Source of the DNA: Candidatus Poribacteria bacterium
GTDB lineage: Bacteria > Poribacteria > WGA-4E > WGA-3G
Assembly: GCA_964291315.2 (NCBI GenBank)
Contig: OZ219753.1
Coordinates: 2,464,001 to 2,528,000, forward strand
Length of the DNA stretch: 64,000 bases
Direction: 5' to 3'
The notes beneath the pieces were generated by a model. That model saw only the letters and a program-made list of their open reading frames with translations, made no database searches and was not told the origin of the DNA. The position numbers and the translations under genes are program-made. Shown piece after piece: positions 19,905 through 29,651 of the stretch (position 1 is its first letter; every line of letters begins with the position of its first letter).

Positions 19905-22900
19905 ATGCGTCAATCACTAACTATGATAGATTTTAGAATTAATCGGACATTAGCAGCTGCGCGGTTACGAGACCTTGTCTACCAAGTGGTTTATCTCACA
20001 ATTCTTGCCCTCTTTTTACGTGCTGCACCAATCTCGTTTGCAGCAGATTACGTTCTGATTATTGGGGGTGCTGCCGGTGAAAAATCTTTTTACGATGCAT
20101 TCTGGCGTGCAACCTCCCAATTTCATCAATTGCTCACAGACGAATATGCTTATGACTCACGGCATATTACCTTCCTCTTCGAGGATATGGGAGATTCAGA
20201 AAGCCCCGGGCTCGTTGACGCTGAATCGAGGCGTGATCCGATTTTGACCGCGTTTGCACAACTTACTGATAAAATTCAACCCTCGGATCGGTTTTTGCTA
20301 TTCATGATCGGGCATGCATCTCGCACCGGCGGAAATCTGCGATTTAATTTAATGGGACAGGACATAAACGAAACGGAATATGTGACCCTCATTAACGGTA
20401 TCCGCGCCGAGAACCAGATTTTAATCTTTGGTTTCCCTTACAGCGGGAAGCTTGTGCCGCAGCTTAGCGCACCGGGACGCGTAATTCTGACCTCAAGTTC
20501 ACCAAATGAGGGATATTCACTGCAGGCAGGATTCGGTAAGCTGTTTGCTGATGCCTTTTCGACAGCAGCTGCCGATCTAAATAGCGACGGTGCCATCTCG
20601 CTTTTAGAATCCTTCCTATTTGTCGAGAGGCGAACAAAAGAGTGGTATGAAGATTTTGGTACGATTCAGGCTGAACACCCCTATCTCGACGATAATGCGG
20701 ATGGGAAGGCCTCCCGAAACCTAATCGCCACAAGGCAAGAAGCAATAGATGACGGTACGTTTGCTGATCAAACTTTTCTCGGCGAACGACTTACTGCACT
20801 CCCCAGCCCGCCTCCCGACTTGCAGGTCCCCGATGATGCAGTGCTTACTGAAGCAGCCGTCCCTGAGGATTTTCCGGTGCCTACTGTCCGCACTTACGAG
20901 GAGGGTAGCTCGGACCTCCCTTACACCTTTATTACCGAAGCAGACGAGAAAACCATCCGAAGAGCTATTAACGACGCACCTTCTCAAAAGGCGTACCCAG
21001 AGGATGGCGCTGTTGTGTTATGGGAAGGTGTTGAGATTGATATCGATGAAAAGAGCCGTTATATCTATTCCACGCGGCGGGTCGTCAAAATTTTTAATGA
21101 AAACGGCAGGGATCTTGCTGAAGTTAGTATTCCGTACATGCGCGGAAGAGACGATGTCACTATCCATCATGCACGGACGTTGACTCCGGGGGGTGACCTT
21201 GTTGAGCTTGATACAAGCGATGTTGTAACCGATCTCGTCCCGCCGAGTGCTGTAGAAGCGGGATTGTACGTCGATGCGCGCCTGATGTACTTCGCACTCC
21301 CAGACGTTACTGATGGATGCGTCATAGACTACGCCTATTCTACGAACAACCTTGGGCACGTCATGCAAGGCGAATTCTGGCGCAAGGTTTATTTCCAAGC
21401 CCGGCAACCGGTGGAATATTATCGACTGACTGTGCATATTCCGAAGAAAAAGGAGCTCTACTATCAGATCGCGGGAGCGCCTGCAGGATCCGACATGGGC
21501 TCTTTTCTCACGATGAAACCTGAAATCACAGAGAGCAACTACGCCCGAACCTATGTGTTTGAGGCGCGGGATGTTCCGCCTTTGAAAGAGGAATACCTTA
21601 TGCCTGCTCCTCAGGATCTCGCTTATAGCATTAGTCTTTCCTCGATTGATTCTTGGGATAAGCTCGTGACGTGGTATGCGACCCTGATTCGGGAGCAGGA
21701 CACCCTCACCCCAGAAATTGCTAAGAAGACGGAAGAACTTCTCAAGGGCGCTTGGTCCCATCAAGAAAAAGTGAAAAGACTTTATGAATACGTGGCAACC
21801 AACATCCAATATCTCGGTTATGAACTTGGGATTTGGGCGATTAAACCGCGTCCCGCTGACAGTGTTTTGAAAGATGGACAAGGAGATTGCAAGGATAAAA
21901 CGACACTCCTGTCCACAATGCTTGCATCGGCGGGTATTAATGCCTACCCTGTCCTCATTTCCGCTGGGGACACACGCGGCATTAATGCCCATCTTCCAGG
22001 CGGCGGCTCAGAAGTCAAAGCGGTTCCGTCGCTGGCCTATTTTAATCACATGATTCTTGCCGTTAAAGGAAGCAGGGACGATGAGCTTATCTGGCTCGAT
22101 CCGACATCAGAAACCTGTGCTTTCGGTGATTTTCCCGCTGGCGACCAAGATAGATGGACGCTCATTATCAACCCACAGTTTTTAACAGGGAGAACAGGGA
22201 GTAGGACACACGCGACAGAGGAACTTGCCTCCAAAAATGCCGAGGATCTACAGAACAGACTTTACCTTTTTCAGAAGAGTCCTTCCTTAGACGCGACATC
22301 GAACCTGAAACGCGTCCACACCGATGTACAACTAAAAAAAGACCTGAGCGTCTCCGTTCGCCAAGAGCTAACCGTCACTGGAAGTTTCAATACGCGGCTG
22401 CGGAGCCAACTCGCGCGTCTTGATACTGCCGAGGAGCGATCAGAGTTCATGCACAGTGAGTTAGAATTGGACGATCGCGCGAAAATAATTCAATTTAAAA
22501 CTTCCAATCTTTCCCAACTCGAAAAGGAATTGAAGGTCGAAGTCACTTGGACGTGTGAAGAATATTTGTACGCCATCGGCAGCCAATTTGTGCTTGAGCT
22601 TCCGCTTGTTAAACATCCGTATGCGGAACTGTTGAGCGAAGAGAGTAGACTATATTCGGCTATCCTCGGTAAAGCGTTGTCGCTTGAAGACAAAGTCAGC
22701 GTCAGCACAGAGGCACCTTTTAGGATAGATACCGTTCCTGAAGAACAGACGCTGAAAACCGAGGTTGCCGAGGTACAACTCCGTTATATGCAATCTAAGC
22801 GCAGAGCGGAGATGCATCAAATCGTCCGTTTTCTGACACCGACTGTAACGCCGCGAAATATTGAACATCTCAAAGAGGTTGTCAGAGTGGCTTCAAACCG

Positions 22901-22931
22901 AGGAACCAAAAGATTTATATTAACGCAGTAG
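19905..22931 (+). CDS. Fusion of an N-terminal caspase/C13-like domain, DUF3857 and a transglutaminase-like domain
   Basis: N-terminal YVLIIGG...FMIGHA and ADLNSDGAISLLE; Pro-rich linker; transglutaminase triad GDCKDK / FNHMI / WLDPT. Confidence 0.8.
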   Translation: MRQSLTMIDFRINRTLAAARLRDLVYQVVYLTILALFLRAAPISFAADYVLIIGGAAGEKSFYDAFWRATSQFHQLLTDEYAYDSRHITFLFEDMGDSESPGLVDAESRRDPILTAFAQLTDKIQPSDRFLLFMIGHASRTGGNLRFNLMGQDINETEYVTLINGIRAENQILIFGFPYSGKLVPQLSAPGRVILTSSSPNEGYSLQAGFGKLFADAFSTAAADLNSDGAISLLESFLFVERRTKEWYEDFGTIQAEHPYLDDNADGKASRNLIATRQEAIDDGTFADQTFLGERLTALPSPPPDLQVPDDAVLTEAAVPEDFPVPTVRTYEEGSSDLPYTFITEADEKTIRRAINDAPSQKAYPEDGAVVLWEGVEIDIDEKSRYIYSTRRVVKIFNENGRDLAEVSIPYMRGRDDVTIHHARTLTPGGDLVELDTSDVVTDLVPPSAVEAGLYVDARLMYFALPDVTDGCVIDYAYSTNNLGHVMQGEFWRKVYFQARQPVEYYRLTVHIPKKKELYYQIAGAPAGSDMGSFLTMKPEITESNYARTYVFEARDVPPLKEEYLMPAPQDLAYSISLSSIDSWDKLVTWYATLIREQDTLTPEIAKKTEELLKGAWSHQEKVKRLYEYVATNIQYLGYELGIWAIKPRPADSVLKDGQGDCKDKTTLLSTMLASAGINAYPVLISAGDTRGINAHLPGGGSEVKAVPSLAYFNHMILAVKGSRDDELIWLDPTSETCAFGDFPAGDQDRWTLIINPQFLTGRTGSRTHATEELASKNAEDLQNRLYLFQKSPSLDATSNLKRVHTDVQLKKDLSVSVRQELTVTGSFNTRLRSQLARLDTAEERSEFMHSELELDDRAKIIQFKTSNLSQLEKELKVEVTWTCEEYLYAIGSQFVLELPLVKHPYAELLSEESRLYSAILGKALSLEDKVSVSTEAPFRIDTVPEEQTLKTEVAEVQLRYMQSKRRAEMHQIVRFLTPTVTPRNIEHLKEVVRVASNRGTKRFILTQ

Positions 22932-23091
22932 CTGTTGGGCCTCCGGGCGTTCCACTATGCTCCACTCACAGCTGTCAGTAACTCGTTTGTGGAGTCCCGT
23001 AAAGGCATTGTTCCGCGACCTACAATCTGCTGACTGCTAACGGCTAACGGCTATCCCGCTGATAGTCATAACAGAGGTAAACAATTAGGAA

Positions 23092-24099
23092 ATGCCAGCA
23101 ACAGAAGAAGTTCAAGCTATAGAAGAGTTGATGCAAAGCCAAGAGCTCATTTTGGCGCAACTGAAAAAGATCATCGTTGGGCAAGAGGAGGTCATTCATC
23201 AAATGTTGATGGCTCTTTTCGCCGGTGGGCACTGTCTGTTAGAAGGGGTGCCGGGGCTTGCCAAAACCCTCATGATTCGGACTTTAGCCCAAATCCTGAA
23301 TCTCAAATTCAAGCGGATTCAATTTACGCCGGACCTCATGCCTGCTGACATCACGGGTACCGATGTTTTGGAGGAAGACCGGAAAACGGGACACCGCACT
23401 ATCCGGTTCATTCAGGGACCTATTTTCGCTAATATCCTCCTTGCTGATGAGATTAATAGGACCCCGCCGAAGACGCAGGCGGCGCTCTTAGAAGCCATGC
23501 AGGAATACCGTGTTACCGCTGGCGGCACTGAATTTCCGTTGGAGCAGCCTTTCTTCGTGCTTGCGACGCAGAACCCGATCGAGCAAGAGGGAACATACCC
23601 CCTGCCGGAGGCACAGTTGGATCGGTTTATGTTTAAGATTGTGATAGACTACCCCACGGAAAACGAGGAAACAGAAATTATTGCTTCAACGACCGGGACA
23701 GATGTGCCTGAACTCGAAACAGTACTCTCTGGCGAAGCAATCGTGGCGCTCCATAATATCGTTAGGCGTGTTCCAGCTGCCGATAATGTCGTTCAATACG
23801 CCGTGAAGATTGCGCGTGCAACGCGTCCAAAAACCGAAGATGTCCCGGATTTCATCAAGGAATGGATCCGATGGGGGGCAGGCCCTCGCGCCGGCCAATA
23901 CCTTATCCTAGGCGCGAAAGCTCGAGCGATTTTACGAGGTAGATACAATGCCTCTTGTGAAGACGTTAAATCTGTCGCACCCGCAGTGTTAAGGCACCGG
24001 ATTTTAACCAACTTCCACGCTGAAGCAGAAGGGGTTGATTCTGACACCGTTATCCAACGCTTACTTGACACAGTGCAGGAGCCGGCTGCAAGGTTTTAG
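23092..24099 (+). CDS. MoxR-family AAA+ ATPase
   Basis: [54 protein letters not shown]. Confidence 0.95.
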   Translation: MPATEEVQAIEELMQSQELILAQLKKIIVGQEEVIHQMLMALFAGGHCLLEGVPGLAKTLMIRTLAQILNLKFKRIQFTPDLMPADITGTDVLEEDRKTGHRTIRFIQGPIFANILLADEINRTPPKTQAALLEAMQEYRVTAGGTEFPLEQPFFVLATQNPIEQEGTYPLPEAQLDRFMFKIVIDYPTENEETEIIASTTGTDVPELETVLSGEAIVALHNIVRRVPAADNVVQYAVKIARATRPKTEDVPDFIKEWIRWGAGPRAGQYLILGAKARAILRGRYNASCEDVKSVAPAVLRHRILTNFHAEAEGVDSDTVIQRLLDTVQEPAARF

Positions 24100-24163
24100 A
24101 AGGCAGCACCTACTATCCGGTCGGCTTGAAATGCGAATCAAGGTTTTCGGAGAGCAGAACCTC

Positions 24164-24880
24164 ATGCGCACAATTTCGGTTATTATTCCAGCACTCAATG
24201 AAGAAAACGCTATTGCCAAAGTCCTTGCCGATATTCCCAAAGCTGTTTGCACACCTGATGGAGGCACCGGGGCAATCGTACAGGAGGTTATCGTCGTTGA
24301 TAACGGTTCTACAGATGATACGGCTGCAATCGCGGCTCAGCACGGCGCACGCCTAGTGAATGAGCCGCGCAGGGGTTATGGGTACGCCTGTCTGGCAGGC
24401 ATCACTGCCCTTAAAACGACAACACCAGATATCGTCGTTTTCCTTGATGGTGACTACAGCGACTACCCCACAGATATGCCGAGGCTCCTTCAACCCATTC
24501 TTACAGGTGTAGCGGGGCTTGTTGTCGGGGCAAGGAAGGCCTACAACGCGCGGGAAGCCCTATTGCCACAAGCGCGATTCGGTAATTGGCTCGCGTGTCG
24601 CTTAATACATCGCTTTTTCGGCATCCGCTATACAGACTTGGGACCCTTTCGGGCGATCCGATATTCACATCTCCTCGCGCTTGATATGCAAGATAAAACT
24701 TTTGGTTGGACGGTTGAAATGCAGCTTAAAGCCGCGAAACAAGCAATTCCGGTGTGCGAAGTTCCCGTCCGATACCGAAAACGGATTGGCACATCCAAAA
24801 TCACCGGCACCTTCGTCGGTAGTCTCAAAGCAGGCTACAAAATACTGACAACTCTCATCTATCATCGCTTCTTAGCATAG
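24164..24880 (+). CDS. Glycosyltransferase family 2 (DPM1-like)
   Basis: VIIPALNEE, VVDNGSTD, GYGYAC, FLDGD, TDLGPFRAI. Confidence 0.9.
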   Translation: MRTISVIIPALNEENAIAKVLADIPKAVCTPDGGTGAIVQEVIVVDNGSTDDTAAIAAQHGARLVNEPRRGYGYACLAGITALKTTTPDIVVFLDGDYSDYPTDMPRLLQPILTGVAGLVVGARKAYNAREALLPQARFGNWLACRLIHRFFGIRYTDLGPFRAIRYSHLLALDMQDKTFGWTVEMQLKAAKQAIPVCEVPVRYRKRIGTSKITGTFVGSLKAGYKILTTLIYHRFLA

Positions 24881-24961
24881 CCGAAGCTTAATACTGTTGT
24901 TTATAAATACAGATACATACACAGAACCTAATCTGTTCCCGGAGTCCCTAAAGGAAGCCTT

Positions 24962-26623
24962 ATGCCGACCCTTGAATTCAAAGGCAAACAGCACATCTAC
25001 GCACACCACCTCACCGTGCCTTATCGCCCACTCGAACCCGATGAAAACCGCTCTTGTAACCCATCCGACACAGACGACAACCTCATTATTCACGGGGACA
25101 ACCTACACGCCCTTAAAGCACTGCTCCCCCGCTATGCCAACCGTATCAAGTGTGTCTACATCGATCCACCCTATAACACCGGCAACGAGAACTGGGTCTA
25201 TAACGATAACGTGAATAGCCCCCTTATGCAGCAGTGGCTGACAGAGAACGCCCCCGTGGATAACGAGGACTTGGAACACCACGATAAATGGCTCTGCATG
25301 ATGTGGCCGAGATTGCATCTACTCAAGGAACTCCTCTCAGAAGACGGCATCATTTTTGTCTCTATTGATCATAACGAACAACATCACCTCCAGATGTTGA
25401 TGGATGAAGTTTTTGGCGTTCCAAACTTTGTTGCTCAATTTTTTTGGATGCGGACAGCAACGCCACCAAGCCTTTCAAAAACTGTTCGTCGAAAAATGGA
25501 GCCGTTGATCTGTTATAGGAAATCGGTTGTTGAGAAGCAGAGTCTCTTCGGTGGACTAACAGAAGGCGGGGATATGCCTCTGCTCAATCAGGTCAATAAT
25601 GTCCGTCAACTTGAATTTCCAAAAGATACGTTCAGCACAGTGAAGCTTGAAGACGGTGTCTATCAGCCGAAAAATTACGGCAGAATTAGACTTGTAAGAC
25701 GGGTAGAGGTGAAAAATCAGCGGTTCCTAAGTAACCTCATGATGGAAGGACGATTTAAATGGACACAAGACACCGTTACACGCGAAGTTGAGCTTGGCAC
25801 TCGATTTCTGATAAAAAGTGCAAGGTTCTCTATCCGTTATGAGCGAAAAAATAATCAAAGAACGAAAGTTCCTTCGAACTTGATTACGAAAAAAGAATGT
25901 CAAGTGGGCACTAATGAAGATGCCAACAAGGAATTAGAGGCGATTATTGGATCTGATAAATTTGACTATCCTAAACCTACCTCACTCATAAAATATTTAA
26001 TTAACATGATTTGTAAGGATAACGACATAATTCTGGATTCCTTCGCTGGAAGTGGTACAACAGCCCACGCTGTTCTGGCTTTAAACAGAGCAGACGGCGG
26101 CAATCGGAAGTTTATCCTCATCGAGTGCGAAGACTATGCCGATACCATCACCGCAGAACGCATCCGGCGCGTCATCAACGGCGTCCCCGAGGCACGGGAC
26201 ACCGCTCTTCGCGAAGGCTTAGGCGGATCGTTCACTTACTGCACCCTCGGAAAACCGATGGAGGTAGAGACAATGCTCACCGGAGCAGCTCTGCCCTCAT
26301 ATGCCGCACTCGCCGCAAACCTCTTATATACCACCTCCGGCACCTCTGTCGGATCCAACGCATTGACGGCGAAAAATGAGGACGGACTTTTTCACAGCGA
26401 CGCTGAAAACGACTATTATCTCATTTACAAGCCTGATCTGGAATACCTCCGCAGCGATGCCGCTGTTCTCAACATTGAGCGCGCAGAGCGAGTGCGGGAG
26501 GCAAGCGATCAGACCGGCAGAAAGGCGATAGTCTATGCAGCAGGCAATTACATAGGACAGCGGGAACTCACCCGCATGCGCATTATATTCTGCCAACTTC
26601 CCAATGCTTTGCATGAAAGGTAA
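24962..26623 (+). CDS. Type III R-M Mod-like DNA adenine methyltransferase (beta class)
   Basis: MPTLEFKGK start, IHGDNLHALK, IDPPYNTG, HDKWLCMMWPRL, FDYPKP, LDSFAGSGTTAHA; no res gene adjacent. Confidence 0.92.
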   Translation: MPTLEFKGKQHIYAHHLTVPYRPLEPDENRSCNPSDTDDNLIIHGDNLHALKALLPRYANRIKCVYIDPPYNTGNENWVYNDNVNSPLMQQWLTENAPVDNEDLEHHDKWLCMMWPRLHLLKELLSEDGIIFVSIDHNEQHHLQMLMDEVFGVPNFVAQFFWMRTATPPSLSKTVRRKMEPLICYRKSVVEKQSLFGGLTEGGDMPLLNQVNNVRQLEFPKDTFSTVKLEDGVYQPKNYGRIRLVRRVEVKNQRFLSNLMMEGRFKWTQDTVTREVELGTRFLIKSARFSIRYERKNNQRTKVPSNLITKKECQVGTNEDANKELEAIIGSDKFDYPKPTSLIKYLINMICKDNDIILDSFAGSGTTAHAVLALNRADGGNRKFILIECEDYADTITAERIRRVINGVPEARDTALREGLGGSFTYCTLGKPMEVETMLTGAALPSYAALAANLLYTTSGTSVGSNALTAKNEDGLFHSDAENDYYLIYKPDLEYLRSDAAVLNIERAERVREASDQTGRKAIVYAAGNYIGQRELTRMRIIFCQLPNALHER

Positions 26624-26709
26624 TAGGCACTCCATGTGCCGGCGCCAATTGCGGGTCCGCAGCACTACCTGTCAATCAAATGCTTGGTCCGGATACCCAC
26701 CGGAAAACC

Positions 26710-26739
26710 TTGACAGCTGCTTAACAAATTGAGTATCAT
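26710..26739 (+). promoter_or_regulatory. Sigma70-like promoter
   Basis: TTGACA-N18-TATCAT upstream of the SurA-like gene. Confidence 0.5.
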
Positions 26740-26762
26740 TAACTAAATAGACTGAAAGCGAG

Positions 26763-27752
26763 ATGGACGAGAACAATCTGAAATTGGGAGTCCGCGCTAA
26801 TATGCTCCGTTACGTACGCTTTTTGCTTTTGTTTTGTATTATCGGTGATGCAAACGCACAGGTACTGATTGATTACGTCGTTGCTGTTGTTAATGGAAAA
26901 GCAGTTACGCGCAGCGAACTCGACACTGAGTTGAATATCACTGTTATCCTAGGAACGAATGTTACCAAGGCTCGAACGACCGCCGAAAGACGCGATGCGT
27001 TTGATACTCTCATCAACCGAAAATTGGTTTTACAAGAATCTCAACGACTCGGTATTGTTGTTACCCAGCGTGATACGAGGGTGGCAGAAAAGATCGCAGA
27101 AATTCGCGCGAGATATACTTCGGATGCAGCCTTCGAGAGCGTGCTGCGTCGGCACAGTATAGAGGACGAAGTACTTAAGGGGTGGGTTTATGAGCAGTTG
27201 GTGTACGATGAATGCTTCCGGCGCCTATTTTTCAACGCTCTTAGTAGCTCGGAGATTGCGGCCTTAGCTAGATCATACTATGATGCAAACACGGCAGAAT
27301 TCGTTGTACCGCCTACCGTCACCTTTAATGTGTTGTCTATTCTTATACCCAAGCATGTTTTAGAAGCTGGTAGGTGGAAAGCAAGAGGTTTGGTCCAACA
27401 ACTCTATCTCCGCTTGCAACAGGGCGAAACGTTTGAGGACGTAAGAGAAGTTTATGAAACGCAGTTAATCATTAAACTTGAAGTATTAACACTTGAAGTA
27501 GATACGCCCTTAGGGGCTATTGTGGCTGAGCTGCAAAATTCTGATAGAAGCGAACTGTTTCCTATTTCAAACGGGTATCAGATCGTTGAACGTATTCGGA
27601 GTGATCCAGCGCGTCAGAAAACTTATGCCGAAGTCAGTGAAGAGGTTAGGGACCGGATTCAGCAGGAAAAGGCAGAAACCGAATTTGCAGCGTGGTTAGT
27701 CGAACAAAGAGAAAAGCAGAATTGGCATATTTTGGATCATGCACTCAAGTAG
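26763..27752 (+). CDS. SurA N-terminal domain / parvulin-like periplasmic chaperone
   Basis: IDYVVAVVNGKAVTRSEL, LINRKLVLQE, GETFED; the PPIase domain looks degenerate. Confidence 0.8.
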   Translation: MDENNLKLGVRANMLRYVRFLLLFCIIGDANAQVLIDYVVAVVNGKAVTRSELDTELNITVILGTNVTKARTTAERRDAFDTLINRKLVLQESQRLGIVVTQRDTRVAEKIAEIRARYTSDAAFESVLRRHSIEDEVLKGWVYEQLVYDECFRRLFFNALSSSEIAALARSYYDANTAEFVVPPTVTFNVLSILIPKHVLEAGRWKARGLVQQLYLRLQQGETFEDVREVYETQLIIKLEVLTLEVDTPLGAIVAELQNSDRSELFPISNGYQIVERIRSDPARQKTYAEVSEEVRDRIQQEKAETEFAAWLVEQREKQNWHILDHALK

Positions 27753-27807
27753 AAAACGGGCGCGGATCACCCCACGCCGACAATAAAAGAAGCAAGGAGA
27801 TCTCCTG

Positions 27808-29451
27808 GTGCGAAGGAACGGGTTGCTTTTCATTCCAATACTTCTATTTCTGTTTGTTTCATTGACATCTGCGAATATTTTATCCGAAGATGTAGCAGAC
27901 TATCCTAAAACATTCCAGACGAGATTGAAAGACGCGCAGCAGGCGTTCCGGGCGGAAGAATGGAATCAGGCACTTCAGTTATACCAACATCTCGCCAAAG
28001 AAGCCCCTGAATTCCCGATTGTTTATATCGGAGAGGGTGATGCCGCTGCAAAACTGAAGAACTATTCCACCGCTATTGCTGCCTTCCAGCGGGCCTTGAA
28101 ACTCCTCTTGAACCCCACGAATCCCGAACGTTCATTCGGATCTGATTCCCCACACGGCAACATTGCAAGGGCGCGCTTACAGATCATGGTGCAAGCCAAA
28201 CTCGCGGCTGCATATCATCGCGATAAACAACTCGACGAAGCCGAGCTATGGTTTCAAAAAGCTGTCGAAGGTGCCGGTGAAGATGCCCCGGCGGCTTGGT
28301 ATGTCGCCTTGGGACAGATCGAGACCGAGCGAGGGAACTTAGAGCAGGCACGTAGATACTATATTGTTGCTATCCAACTCCAGCCTAATACAACTGCTGC
28401 CCATAATAACCTTGGACATGTCCTACTCAAGCTTAATAGAATTGACGAGGCCGATGCAGTCTTTAGGGAGGCTCTCGCGCAGGACGAGTCGCTTGCTAGT
28501 GCCGCATTCGGACGTGGTGAAGTGGGTGCAAAACGTGGAAAACTCGCTATTGCTCAACGTTTTTACGAACAGGCCATCCGTCATGCACCGCAAGAACCGA
28601 TATTCCATAAATCACTTACTCGTGTCCTGCGTGCCATCGGAGATGCCCAAGGAGCTGAAGCCTCCGAGGCGCGTTACCGCCGAACCCTTGCCGAGCGATA
28701 CCTCCAACAAGCACACTGGTTTATCCAACAAAAGCAGATGCGGCGCGCCCTAGTCCCACTACAGAAGGCCCTTGAAACTGATGATGGATTTACGCCAGCA
28801 TTGAAGGATTACGCCTATATTCAGATGCAACTCGGCGAATTAACAACTGCTAAGCAGACCTACCAACGTTTACTCGCGCTAGAGCCCACTTCGCGGCAAG
28901 CTCTTTTTCATCTCGGTATGATAGAAACAAAACTGGGTGATATAGCAAGTGCTGTGTCTCACTATCTCACACTCATCCAGCATGAGCCAGATTTCATGGA
29001 CACCTACGTGCAACTTGCAAACTTGCATGAGAATTCAGGGAACCTGGAAGCTGCCAAACAAGTACTGACAACCGGAATACAACATGAACCTACGTGGGCA
29101 CCCGGGTATTTATGGCGCGGCGAAATTTATCAGAAACAAGGCGCGTCCAATATGGCTGAGACCGATTTCCGTCAGTCAATCCAACTTGCACCGGACGCTC
29201 CGTTTCCAAAGGAGGCATTGGCATCCTTGTTTGCATCCGAAAACAGGGATCTTGATGAAGCACTCATCCTTGCCACAGCTGCTGTTAAAAACACCAGACA
29301 CCCGACACACCGAGCCACACTTGCACTCGTTTATCACTATCTTAATCGATCTGTTGATGCCAGCCGTGAAATTGAAACTGCCTTTGCCCAAGACCCTGAT
29401 CACCCCTATATTCTAAAGGTTCGCTCAAAAATTGTAAAACCCGATCCTTAG
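27808..29451 (+). CDS. Secreted tetratricopeptide-repeat protein
   Basis: Signal peptide and numerous TPR units (AAHNNLGHVL, QALFHLGMI, GYLWRGEIY). Confidence 0.87.
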   Translation: MRRNGLLFIPILLFLFVSLTSANILSEDVADYPKTFQTRLKDAQQAFRAEEWNQALQLYQHLAKEAPEFPIVYIGEGDAAAKLKNYSTAIAAFQRALKLLLNPTNPERSFGSDSPHGNIARARLQIMVQAKLAAAYHRDKQLDEAELWFQKAVEGAGEDAPAAWYVALGQIETERGNLEQARRYYIVAIQLQPNTTAAHNNLGHVLLKLNRIDEADAVFREALAQDESLASAAFGRGEVGAKRGKLAIAQRFYEQAIRHAPQEPIFHKSLTRVLRAIGDAQGAEASEARYRRTLAERYLQQAHWFIQQKQMRRALVPLQKALETDDGFTPALKDYAYIQMQLGELTTAKQTYQRLLALEPTSRQALFHLGMIETKLGDIASAVSHYLTLIQHEPDFMDTYVQLANLHENSGNLEAAKQVLTTGIQHEPTWAPGYLWRGEIYQKQGASNMAETDFRQSIQLAPDAPFPKEALASLFASENRDLDEALILATAAVKNTRHPTHRATLALVYHYLNRSVDASREIETAFAQDPDHPYILKVRSKIVKPDP

Positions 29452-29487
29452 AATAAATCTGCGAGTCCTAATATTTTTATTTTTTTC

Positions 29488-29516
29488 TTGCAAATTAAAA
29501 CATAATATTGTATAAT
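29488..29516 (+). promoter_or_regulatory. Sigma70-like promoter of the P460-like gene
   Basis: TTGCAA-N17-TATAAT. Confidence 0.6.
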
Positions 29517-29651
29517 TTTTTCAAATTTGGATGGTATATGGATTTGGAGGGCACGCTCTGATGTGATAGGTTTTATTACTTTAAAATCTTGCTAAGAGAT
29601 TTGTCGCTCTCCTTTAACCTCCTACTTAAAATAGAATAAGGAGCACTAACA

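Noticed and set aside
21018-21992. 324-aa antisense ORF and the many other overlapping alternative-frame ORFs
   Set aside because: They shadow well-supported genes and show no recognisable motifs.
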